Assembly: GCA_020353515.1 (NCBI GenBank)
Contig: CP070695.1
Location: forward strand, 3,582,177-3,646,176
Direction of reading: 5' to 3'
Length of the DNA: 64,000 bases
DNA from: Candidatus Heimdallarchaeota archaeon
Lineage (GTDB): Archaea > Asgardarchaeota > Heimdallarchaeia > Hodarchaeales > Hodarchaeaceae
The translations under genes were made by a program, and so were the position numbers. Positions 49,697 through 58,924 of the stretch are shown here, in pieces (the first letter of the stretch is position 1; each line of letters begins with the position of its first letter). Below the pieces are notes generated by a model that saw only the letters and a list, made by a program, of their open reading frames with translations, searched no databases and had not been told where the DNA came from.

Positions 49697-51688
49697 ATGA
49701 ATGACCATCGAATTCTCTATGGAGATGTACAAGCTAGCCTCTTCACATTAGAAGACAACAGTATCGACAGTGTAATCACATCTCCCCCATATTGGTCACA
49801 AAGAGATTATGGATTTGATGGTCAGATAGGAAATGAATCCACAAAAGAGGAATATCTAGCAAAACTAATCTCTATTTTCAACTTAATGCAAAGAAAATTA
49901 AAACCAGAGGGAAATTTTTACCTAAATATTGGTGATAAATATGTAAGTAGATATGGTAACACTCCATTAGCAATGATTCCTTATTTACTCGCATATTATC
50001 TGGTTACAGATGGATGGAACTTAGTGGATACGATAATCTGGTACAAACCAAATCATATGCCAGCACCAGTGAAAAATCGATTTACGAATACTTATGAGCC
50101 AATTTTTGTCTTCTCTCGTAATAAAAAAAATTATTATTCTGAATACAATCAAAAGGTGAGTATTTCTAACATTTTAAAGATTCCTCTCCAACCTGTTCCT
50201 TATAAGCATATGGCTACTTATCCTGAAAAACTTGTTGAAACCTTATTAGGATTTGGCCTTCCTAATGATGCACTAGTACTCGATCCATTTGCAGGTTCAG
50301 GAACTACCTGCAAAGCAGTCCAAAAAATATCTGAGGGGTACTTTAATCCAATAAAAATGCGCTCAATCATGATTGAAGCCTATAAATACTATGTGAAGAT
50401 CATTAAACAACGATGTCAAATCAAAAGGAAAGATATTCGGAAACTCTCTTTTCAACCTTATCATATTCACCCCCTTGCAGACAACTTTGTTATTCCAGAA
50501 GTAGAGAAGAAAATTCCTGATGAAACCAACATTGAACCTGATAATGTGATCATCAAGGTATTTCAAGAGCCAGCAAATTTTCATTCGTTCTTTCCCCTTC
50601 TATTTAGTGATAGTCTTGCAAATATTCTAGATGACGACGGTGTTCTTTTCCTTGGATTACCAAATCACGATATCAAAGAGATTTTTTCTATCGCTCAACT
50701 GAATAATCACGGTTGGGTCATTCGTAATATGATTGTTGTGCCTCGAGGACATGATTGGATTCCAATCTTCATGTTAGTCAAAGATATAAAATCTGTACAA
50801 TATAAATTCAATCTTGATAATATTAGGGTTGCACATCAATTCGAGATTACAGAGAATTGGGAGGAGGTTGATTTCATTGGTTATCGTGTTGAAAAGGCCC
50901 CTGTACTGTATAAAAATGCAGATACAGGTCTTATTGGTAAAGTTCTTTCGCATCATCCTAATGGACTACCCCATTGGGTTGTTGTTAAGTGGAAATCAGG
51001 AAAATATTCTCTGGAAGAAGTCATTAATACTTCTGGAAAAGTAAACACGATCAAACTATACTGTCCAGCATGTGAAGCCGAATTAAAAAAATTTCACCAT
51101 TACAAGGAATCTGTTTCCTGTCCTTCGTGTTCTTTAGGATTATGGCAAGATATGAATAGTATTCCCAAACTTCTAGAAGTCAATCCGTGCGTTAAACCTG
51201 AATATCTTCACAATGAATTCATGATCAAAGAGAAAGATACTAGAAAGGACTACGAAGGAAAATTCAAAGATGTTGAGAGACAAAATATTGGACAATCTCC
51301 AGGAGCAAGAGTCTCTGTTGAGGAACAATTTTTTACTGTGAAACGGTACTATAATGTAAAGCAAAGCATGATTTCTGACTATCTCAATCTTCACAGGATT
51401 AATAATGGTTTTACAAAAAATGAATTAACAAAGAAGTATCCTCCTGAGTATAAACATACTGTGGGCCATTGGTTACGGAAAGATATGGGGGGTTCTCTCC
51501 CAAAATATGAAGATCTAATGAAGCTAGATGAACTTCTTCACTTAGATCAATCCTATATCAACTATATAAGTAGAACAGGATTGAAACTTCAGACTGTTAT
51601 GGCAGATACAAAAGGAAAGAATCCAGGAGACTTTCTTGATCTTCCATTACCGAAAGTGATCAACATGCTAAAACAAGTGGGAGAATAA
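49697..51688 (+). CDS. Beta-class DNA methyltransferase with degenerate second MTase module, Zn ribbon and HTH
   Basis: TSPPY and DPFAGSGTT in the N-terminal half; CPAC/CPSC, HTVGHWLRKD and GKNPGD in the C-terminal half. Confidence 0.85.
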   Translation: MNDHRILYGDVQASLFTLEDNSIDSVITSPPYWSQRDYGFDGQIGNESTKEEYLAKLISIFNLMQRKLKPEGNFYLNIGDKYVSRYGNTPLAMIPYLLAYYLVTDGWNLVDTIIWYKPNHMPAPVKNRFTNTYEPIFVFSRNKKNYYSEYNQKVSISNILKIPLQPVPYKHMATYPEKLVETLLGFGLPNDALVLDPFAGSGTTCKAVQKISEGYFNPIKMRSIMIEAYKYYVKIIKQRCQIKRKDIRKLSFQPYHIHPLADNFVIPEVEKKIPDETNIEPDNVIIKVFQEPANFHSFFPLLFSDSLANILDDDGVLFLGLPNHDIKEIFSIAQLNNHGWVIRNMIVVPRGHDWIPIFMLVKDIKSVQYKFNLDNIRVAHQFEITENWEEVDFIGYRVEKAPVLYKNADTGLIGKVLSHHPNGLPHWVVVKWKSGKYSLEEVINTSGKVNTIKLYCPACEAELKKFHHYKESVSCPSCSLGLWQDMNSIPKLLEVNPCVKPEYLHNEFMIKEKDTRKDYEGKFKDVERQNIGQSPGARVSVEEQFFTVKRYYNVKQSMISDYLNLHRINNGFTKNELTKKYPPEYKHTVGHWLRKDMGGSLPKYEDLMKLDELLHLDQSYINYISRTGLKLQTVMADTKGKNPGDFLDLPLPKVINMLKQVGE

Positions 51689-51705
51689 AGAAAGAAAATA
51701 CACAT

Positions 51706-52668
51706 TTATCTTTGGATCATTCCAGGCAGGTAGAAGTCATACTGCTTACGTAATAATTTTGTTTGAATATACCTGTCAAGATGTCTGGTATTTTGAAAAA
51801 TAACCCATATCTGTTTATCTTCATCGTAATATTTTTTCACTTCCTCATAAGTTAGAGGAATAATATCAAATTCTACAGCCTCTTCCGAGAAAAAATCATT
51901 TATCACCTTAAGTACGCCAGGGATCAGTTCAGGTCGTTGTTCTTTAAAAAAATTAGCAACTAAATCAATGGTTACGAGACGCCAGTCATAATAACGATCT
52001 ACTACTTCTTTAAGAAACAAGGCTTTTAATAACCACCTCAAAAAGAAAGGTGCACTTTTTAAGAAGAGAATAGGTTCCATTGCCTCAATTCCCTGCTTTC
52101 GAAACATTGGGGTGGATGTATCTAGGTATATTAGCTGATCATCCTCAGATATATGAGGATTCTGAGGATTGTAACCTATCACGGCCCAGTTTGAGATTTG
52201 ACCATCTAGACCAACTTTCAAAGTCTTACTTCGATGGCTAAATGCCCAAATCTTATGCATCTCTCGCATAATCAGGAGAATTAGAGTATGGATTTCTTTC
52301 TTACTGATTGAATGATGAAGGATCTTATGCCCCACTGTTTCCACAGGTATTTTCTCTTGTGCGCAATATAAAACGATATTTCCTTTCTGAGATTGAACCC
52401 AGATGGCGTCATGAGCAGGTACAATGAGGTGAAGCCTTTGAAGAATTTGATGATAGATGTCATAAGCTAGAATGTGCCGATTGACTTGTGTTTCTGAGTC
52501 AAAAATAGGTAAGCGTTTATAGGCGATTGGTTGATCATCATTGGCCAATTCAAAAACAAGACTGATCTCACCGTAACCAAGGATTTTAATTGGAACCTTA
52601 CCTCTTTCAGGCTGAATAGTATCAATTGTATTTTCAAATTCTTGTAATTTCTCTAGGTCAATTCTCAT
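51706..52668 (-). CDS. DUF6206-like protein, probable protein-kinase-like fold
   Basis: LGYGEISLV, AYKR, LDGQISN, YLDT. Confidence 0.7.
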   Translation of the reverse strand: MRIDLEKLQEFENTIDTIQPERGKVPIKILGYGEISLVFELANDDQPIAYKRLPIFDSETQVNRHILAYDIYHQILQRLHLIVPAHDAIWVQSQKGNIVLYCAQEKIPVETVGHKILHHSISKKEIHTLILLIMREMHKIWAFSHRSKTLKVGLDGQISNWAVIGYNPQNPHISEDDQLIYLDTSTPMFRKQGIEAMEPILFLKSAPFFLRWLLKALFLKEVVDRYYDWRLVTIDLVANFFKEQRPELIPGVLKVINDFFSEEAVEFDIIPLTYEEVKKYYDEDKQIWVIFQNTRHLDRYIQTKLLRKQYDFYLPGMIQR

Positions 52669-52771
52669 GAAAATCCTTCAAAGAAAGTATTAAAGGAATA
52701 ATAAATAGTAATTTAATTGTTCCTAAGAAGTTGGTTTCTTTCTGATGGAAGTTAAATATGCAATAAAGGAT

Positions 52772-52804
52772 AAAAAAAAAGGGGGAAGGAAGAGGATTAA
52801 ATCC
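52772..52804 (-). terminator. Hairpin plus pyrimidine/T9 terminator
   Basis: Minus strand reads GGATTTAATCCTCTTCCTTCCCCCTTTTTTTTT after the protease stop. Confidence 0.6.
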
Positions 52805-54850
52805 TTATTTATGGATTGTTGTTATTTGAAAGCTGTAGTCAGCGTGACCTCTTGGTTGGATTGGGCTAACAACTAAGTAGACATAGCTTGGAAATGTCAT
52901 CTCGATGGTTTTTTGTCCATCATTTAACTCATCTAGTTCTAAGTCCACGACATCGTATTTAGATCCCCATTTATTTTTCCCTTTGAGTTCATAGACTAGT
53001 GAAACTTGAAACGCTGCATCTGGATAATCAACTGTAAGATCTAAGACTTCATCGCTGACTCTTGCCTCAAATATATACCAACCATCATAGGTTGTATACC
53101 AGTCAGTCATATAACGGAATCCAAAGAGAATTGTTTTATCTTCGTAAACTGTACCAGTAAGGTCAAAGGTTATCGTAAGAACCTCTTCGCTCCAACCTGT
53201 AAGTCCTGGAAGATTCGGATAGATATCTGGATGAGTACCTGCATGTACATCAACTGTGTATTCATTTGCTAGTGATTCCCAGTTTAATCCTCCGTCAAGT
53301 GATACTTGTACAAATCCAAAGTCCCAAAAGTCCTCGATATCCCAATAGGTAGTTAATTCCAATCTCGGATCTGCAGGGTCAACGAAAGCTTCTCCTACCA
53401 TTAGAGTATTCATCAAATCGTAGTTGTCTGACCACCAGATTCCACCTATGTCTTGCCAACCGACTACTGCGGTATCATCACCATCAAAGTTAAGTGTTTC
53501 TGTCCAAGGCTTAGAAATGTACTTCCCTGCGTCGAACCGTATATAGTCTGTACCAAATGGTTTAATTGTTGTCATTCCCGTATCATATCCTAAGATCGTG
53601 ATAGTTGGACCAAAATCTGATCCAGTCATCCAAGGAACTGGAAGTTTTGGAACATCATATACCCTAATCTGTTCTACATCCTTGTCATTAAGATCTATAC
53701 TCTCATAATTATAGATTTCATCACCCCAGTGGATCAGATTTGCAATCCGCCAATCGTGATAAACTTCGTAAAAGGTCTTTGGGTAGAGAGCAGCGTTAAG
53801 ACCAACTATACCAGGGATGCCTGCTTTCACAAAGTTACCTAAGAAATCAGATCCGTAATGGTCATTGAGATATAATCCCCAAAGTCCAACAGCACCATAA
53901 TCCGCCAAATCATTGTTCGCTTGATCATCCCATTCAACTAGTGAATTATCAGGTGTGGCTAAATAGCTATTAATATCATTCCATGGGAAGCCATAACCAC
54001 AAAGTGATTCTGCAAAAACTGAACAACATTCATTCATAAAGAGATCATCTTCTGGATTATGGTCGTCATGAAGAAGATGTTGGAGCTCGTGAGCAGTCGT
54101 GGCCTCATAAGCAAATGGATGACCTGAATCTGGGCCAGTATAATCGTCCCAATTGTAAGCGTCTAGGGTAATTATGTTCCTGTCAAAGAGATATTCGAAT
54201 AAACCCCAGTAGAATCCTATCACGAAATATGGATACCAAGAATTATAGTAACTAAAATCTCTAACATTTGAGATAAGAATTACTGATCTACCAGTGTCTT
54301 CAAGCCACCAACCTAATCCGAAAGCATCATTTAAACCAGCGTGATAATCAGGTTCTCCAAAGTAATCAGTGTCAGTGGGATAAATGTTTGAATCAAATTC
54401 TTCAATAATATTCTGCACATTTTCATCGGTTATCACTGGTGTTTCACGAGGATCACCAGCAGGCCAAGAGAGATCTTCTTGAACCCAAACTTCAACATGT
54501 TCACCAACACCTCTCAATTCAAACCACGCGTAGTTATAACCATATGGATCACCACTGTCATAGTAAGCCCATATATTCCAAGCCGACTGTTGTAAGGAGG
54601 CACCACCACCTCCACTGAGCGAAGATTGTATGTCCTCTAGTGGTTTTACGCTTGGATCTCTCGCTCGAAGCTCTGGTCCGATATCAAATGGTTTATATTC
54701 TGGAAACGGATTCCGATTTCCTTGTGCGATCAGTATAACTCCTATAAATCCTATCGCGCTAAAAAGTAGCATTGATACTACTATATACGAAACAATTTTT
54801 TTTCTCATTTGTTTTCTCTCACTTTTTTTAAATTTTCTACCATTTTCCAC
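52805..54850 (-). CDS. Secreted zinc metalloprotease (immune inhibitor A/M6-M30-like) with MAM-like domain; likely start ATG 54808
   Basis: Signal peptide, AHELQHLLH...MNE, DIEDFWDFGFVQVSLDGG, GLTGWS, FRYMTD. Confidence 0.85.
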   Translation of the reverse strand: MENGRKFKKSERKQMRKKIVSYIVVSMLLFSAIGFIGVILIAQGNRNPFPEYKPFDIGPELRARDPSVKPLEDIQSSLSGGGGASLQQSAWNIWAYYDSGDPYGYNYAWFELRGVGEHVEVWVQEDLSWPAGDPRETPVITDENVQNIIEEFDSNIYPTDTDYFGEPDYHAGLNDAFGLGWWLEDTGRSVILISNVRDFSYYNSWYPYFVIGFYWGLFEYLFDRNIITLDAYNWDDYTGPDSGHPFAYEATTAHELQHLLHDDHNPEDDLFMNECCSVFAESLCGYGFPWNDINSYLATPDNSLVEWDDQANNDLADYGAVGLWGLYLNDHYGSDFLGNFVKAGIPGIVGLNAALYPKTFYEVYHDWRIANLIHWGDEIYNYESIDLNDKDVEQIRVYDVPKLPVPWMTGSDFGPTITILGYDTGMTTIKPFGTDYIRFDAGKYISKPWTETLNFDGDDTAVVGWQDIGGIWWSDNYDLMNTLMVGEAFVDPADPRLELTTYWDIEDFWDFGFVQVSLDGGLNWESLANEYTVDVHAGTHPDIYPNLPGLTGWSEEVLTITFDLTGTVYEDKTILFGFRYMTDWYTTYDGWYIFEARVSDEVLDLTVDYPDAAFQVSLVYELKGKNKWGSKYDVVDLELDELNDGQKTIEMTFPSYVYLVVSPIQPRGHADYSFQITTIHK

Positions 54851-54982
54851 AGACTTTTCAAGATCTTTGAATTTTAGGTAATCAGTTTTCTGATGAATCT
54901 GCGGAGAAATTCTCTAGATATATTGAGTTCGAAATATGGAATGACTCTATTTGATTTCATAAGCTTTTCTAGATTTGTTCCA

Positions 54983-55019
54983 TAGATGTAATTTCAATTT
55001 TAGTTCCAAATTACATTTA
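54983..55019. promoter_or_regulatory. Inverted repeat in divergent promoter region
   Basis: TAGATGTAATTT-N13-AAATTACATTTA (11 of 12 complementary). Confidence 0.4.
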
Positions 55020-55169
55020 TCTAATCTGAAAATTCATTGAGGATGAAGAAATATTCTAAATAATTAACGAGGTTTCCCTGTGAGACTTGCTCTAGTGAAA
55101 CGAATAACTGATTAGGGAAAGTAATTTATTTTGAAAAGCTATTTAAAAATGAATGTCTAAACATTCTCT

Positions 55170-55640
55170 ATGTCATTCAAAAGATTTTATTTTGTTTTTT
55201 TCTGTATTTTGGCATTTAGTACAATTACGCCTGTTTTTGGCCTCAATTATGTCACTTTTTTGAGTATAAATGAGAAAATTGAAACCACTTTAACTATTAC
55301 AGATGCTTATTATTCGGATCTTGACCAAGATGAGGTACTTGACGTCATATCTTATTTTAACCTCCAATTTGATAGTGCTTGTCCCCATTTAGTGAGAATA
55401 TATGTAAGTTTGATTCTTCCCTCTGGTTTTGAATTCTCCTATAAATGGATTATTCTGTCAAAACAACTAGTATATTACGGCCAAATTCATTTTTATGATC
55501 ATGCTATTGAATCAGGGGTCTATATACTACAAATCAATGCATTGTTATCAACTGGTGGGCTAAATTCTGGGTTAGCAGATTATGAATTTGACCCTCCTGG
55601 AGGTTCAGGTGGAGGAGATCCATGCGCTAGATTAATGTAA
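55170..55640 (+). CDS. Small secreted beta-sandwich protein
   Basis: Signal peptide, DLDQDEVLD Ca-binding-like motif, FDPPGGSGGGDP tail. Confidence 0.7.
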   Translation: MSFKRFYFVFFCILAFSTITPVFGLNYVTFLSINEKIETTLTITDAYYSDLDQDEVLDVISYFNLQFDSACPHLVRIYVSLILPSGFEFSYKWIILSKQLVYYGQIHFYDHAIESGVYILQINALLSTGGLNSGLADYEFDPPGGSGGGDPCARLM

Positions 55641-55688
55641 TATAAATATGAAAGAAGAGAAGTAGCTTTTTAAAAAGGCAGTTGTAAT

Positions 55689-56783
55689 ATGATTACTCCT
55701 GAAGATTACCAGATTGTCTTAAAACTGGAATCAAACCCTCTAATCTCGTATTCGGATCTAGCAGATGAATTAGGAGTCTCCTGGCCAACTGCAAAAAGAA
55801 AATTAAACGATCTCAAATCACGTGGTGTGATAAGAACACCTGTGGCTCTCTATAATATTAAAGCACTTGGCTTACAACGGATAACTGTGATATGGTCACT
55901 CGAAAGTATTGAAAATCTCACTTTGATGGAGAAATTATGTGATCTCCATCCATATACACATTATCGGGTAAGAGGTTATGGGGATGGGTTTGTCTTATTT
56001 GCTCAATTTGACATCCCCCCCGAGACCATTTCCTTAATGAAAGAGTTAATCGACACTCTGGAACAAGAGAATTATGTCAGTGTTACAGAAATTCTACAAA
56101 GTTCAGGGTATCAAATTGAAGTTTTTCCTGATTTGAATTTTTATGATCTACAGCACAACAAGTGGCATTTTAATTGGAATGAATGGCTTAGTCTCATTGA
56201 AGACCAACCAGAGAATCTCCCCAAACCCGAACCACAAAAGATTGGATTAGAGGAGTGGAAGCTAATTGATTTTAAAATCTTAAGAGAACTAACAAAAAAT
56301 CCTGAAATTAAACAGGCTGAATTGATGAGATTATTGGACTTAACTCGGACAAATGTTCATCTAAAATACAACTTAGTATTTGAGAATTTAATTTCAAGTG
56401 TTCGATCTCGATATGACCGAATTTTGTTCAATCTAGTGAATACACGCCTTTTTTGGGTTTCCAATGAGGACAAAAAGAGAATTCATCAATTCTTCAATTT
56501 AATAAATGAAGCTCCACCACCTTTTCGATTTGGTATGGATATTCTTAAAGATAATGGATTTGTATTCTGGGGTGGTGCTCTTCCAAGCTTTCATGAACAT
56601 CAATTAGCGTTCTCAATCTGGAAACTTTTCCAGTCCTTTGCTACATATACTTTAGACACATCCGCTGATACCTCGATGATATATTGGTTTTACCCTGAAA
56701 ACTTTGATTTTAACACACATTACTGGAAAATTGATCGAGAATATGTCTTAGAATACCCCCTTGAAGAACTTAGGCAAGTTTAA
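55689..56783 (+). CDS. Tandem Lrp/AsnC-type wHTH regulator
   Basis: Two HTH units (DYQIVLKLESNPLISYSDLADELGVS; DFKILRELTKNPEIKQAEL), each followed by a RAM-like domain. Confidence 0.82.
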   Translation: MITPEDYQIVLKLESNPLISYSDLADELGVSWPTAKRKLNDLKSRGVIRTPVALYNIKALGLQRITVIWSLESIENLTLMEKLCDLHPYTHYRVRGYGDGFVLFAQFDIPPETISLMKELIDTLEQENYVSVTEILQSSGYQIEVFPDLNFYDLQHNKWHFNWNEWLSLIEDQPENLPKPEPQKIGLEEWKLIDFKILRELTKNPEIKQAELMRLLDLTRTNVHLKYNLVFENLISSVRSRYDRILFNLVNTRLFWVSNEDKKRIHQFFNLINEAPPPFRFGMDILKDNGFVFWGGALPSFHEHQLAFSIWKLFQSFATYTLDTSADTSMIYWFYPENFDFNTHYWKIDREYVLEYPLEELRQV

Positions 56784-56805
56784 TGTATTAATTAAAAATT
56801 TTAAC

Positions 56806-56826
56806 AAGAAAAAAAGAAAGGGGAGA
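56806..56826 (-). terminator. Pyrimidine/poly-T terminator of the S8 protease gene
   Basis: Minus strand reads TCTCCCCTTTCTTTTTTTCTT after the stop. Confidence 0.5.
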
Positions 56827-56841
56827 ACGGAAAATTAGGGC

Positions 56842-58362
56842 CTAGTATTTCCGACCTCCATGTCGACCTCTATGACAACGTCGAAACATGAATTTTGCGA
56901 CGAAAAGCGCGCTATCAGCCTGCAGCAATCCAGTTCCATAATCATTCCTAAACCAGGTCTGATCTATTAGATCAAAAGTGTCCAAGATGTCAAAGATCGT
57001 TGCTGTTCGTTCATTTTCACGCCATTTTGTCATACGATTGTAGAATCCAGCAGCTTTCAAGCACATCTCCATTGTAAATTGATTAGCTTTTGGATATTTT
57101 TCCAGAACCATTGCAGCAATTCCTGAAACATGTGGTGCTGCTTGACTTGTTCCCCAAACAGTCCAGATTCCTCTGGTATCAGTCATATCATACCATGACG
57201 GGTCACCTTCTGGTCTATATGGACCTTTTATAGCTGCCCCAGGAGCAGCAACATCAAGATGCCACGGTTTTTGGCCAAGATCGGGATTTGGTCGTGAGCT
57301 AAAATCTGACAAATATACTTGGAAGTCATTACCTAAGACATCTTCAGTCCATAAACATTCAGGAACATCGTCAGTAAACCAATAGTATGGATCAAGATCA
57401 CCAGTGTAATAGCGTAAGTATTCCCCAGTCCAACCAGCAGAAGCACAGGAAATCACTTGAGGATAAGCACCTGGCCAACCCATACCATCGTATCCTTCAT
57501 TACCAGCAGAAGCCACAATAATGACACCTTGTGAAATAGCGTAATTGACAGCTTCTTCTATCAATTCCGAGGGTGATGGTCCTCCAAGACTTAAGTTGAC
57601 GATGATTTTGACGTCATGTTCTTCCGCTAACCAGCCAATATATTCAATACCTGCAGCTACCATTTCGTTAGTACCACCAGACCACCACCAACCATTTCCA
57701 TCATCTGCAAACACAATCCAATCATCTAAGACAAGCACTGGAATCAATGTAATCTTGGGAGCAACACCTCTAACCCAAAATGCTACATCGTCTCTTTCAA
57801 ATTGGTACCCAGTAATGATACTTGATACATGTGTTCCATGGCCATTTCCATATGGGAATGGGAACCACATACCTAATGGAGGATAGTAGGACCACAGGGG
57901 ATTATCTTCGTCAAAAGTGTAGAAACCCCGCTCAGCATTCAGTTCTTTATATGAGAATTTGTATCCAGCTTCTATACTCCAGTTACCTTCTCCATCAGGA
58001 TCATAGAAAACTTCATGTGAAAATCCAAGACCCCATTCTTCTTTAACATTTACTTGACCTTCAGGGAAGAAGTTGAGGTAATTAGATAACAAACCAGTGT
58101 CCAGAACTGCAACATAGATTCCTTCACCATCATTTGACAGATCTTCTGCATCAATCATGTCAATGTTGAAGGGTACGGTTCCCTCGGGGATTTCAGATCC
58201 ACCATAACCACCCCAGCATTCTATTTTCACAGGATTGGCACTAAAAGCAATACTTGATGCCCGTGATGGTATAGGAGCTGTCGAGGCATAGACCCCTGTC
58301 AATGGAAGTATTGTTAGTGTCATTACAATGACCAATACAGTTGAAATTAGTTTTTTCTTCAT
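56842..58362 (-). CDS. Secreted subtilisin-like S8 serine protease
   Basis: Signal peptide; VLDTG, GHGTHV, SAGNEG, GTSQAAPHV. Confidence 0.93.
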   Translation of the reverse strand: MKKKLISTVLVIVMTLTILPLTGVYASTAPIPSRASSIAFSANPVKIECWGGYGGSEIPEGTVPFNIDMIDAEDLSNDGEGIYVAVLDTGLLSNYLNFFPEGQVNVKEEWGLGFSHEVFYDPDGEGNWSIEAGYKFSYKELNAERGFYTFDEDNPLWSYYPPLGMWFPFPYGNGHGTHVSSIITGYQFERDDVAFWVRGVAPKITLIPVLVLDDWIVFADDGNGWWWSGGTNEMVAAGIEYIGWLAEEHDVKIIVNLSLGGPSPSELIEEAVNYAISQGVIIVASAGNEGYDGMGWPGAYPQVISCASAGWTGEYLRYYTGDLDPYYWFTDDVPECLWTEDVLGNDFQVYLSDFSSRPNPDLGQKPWHLDVAAPGAAIKGPYRPEGDPSWYDMTDTRGIWTVWGTSQAAPHVSGIAAMVLEKYPKANQFTMEMCLKAAGFYNRMTKWRENERTATIFDILDTFDLIDQTWFRNDYGTGLLQADSALFVAKFMFRRCHRGRHGGRKY

Positions 58363-58924
58363 CCTTTTTCACCATATACTTGGTTTATTATACACATTAA
58401 GCTCTGATACTTAGAAAACATTGGAAACATGATATTGTAACATCAGTAAAAGCCTTTGTTTTGAAACTGCCTCAAATGTATATAATAAACACAATTATCA
58501 ATAGTTTGGAGAGATTTCTCTTTCAGATCGCACTCACATAAGTTTGAACTACCAAAGTTAATCTCTAGAAACTATTAATACAAAGGACATTTTGCCCTTA
58601 TATCCATTTTAAATATCTTTCTGCTAATCCCTGAGCCAGTACTATACATGCATTGTCACGAACTTATATTTGTTTATTTAATCATTATTAAATGATAGAA
58701 AAAGTGGAAAAAATCAAACATAGTTTAAGATATATTCTAGAAATGTCCCTTTTTTGTATTAGAGATGAGAAATGCTAGTTTAGAGTTATGTTTCCGATTA
58801 CCCAAAAAGCTAGGATTAATAATACGATTAAAAATTGATTTGCATGTTCTAATCCTAGGTTCTGATTCTCATCATATTACAGTAATTTAGGATACACAGC
58901 AGTTTAAAATAAGGAGGACTTACC

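Noticed and set aside
54903-58521. GGAGAAATTCTCT (54903) and GGAGAGATTTCTCT (58508) as a shared operator of the two proteases
   Set aside because: Short, with different spacer lengths, and plausible by chance.
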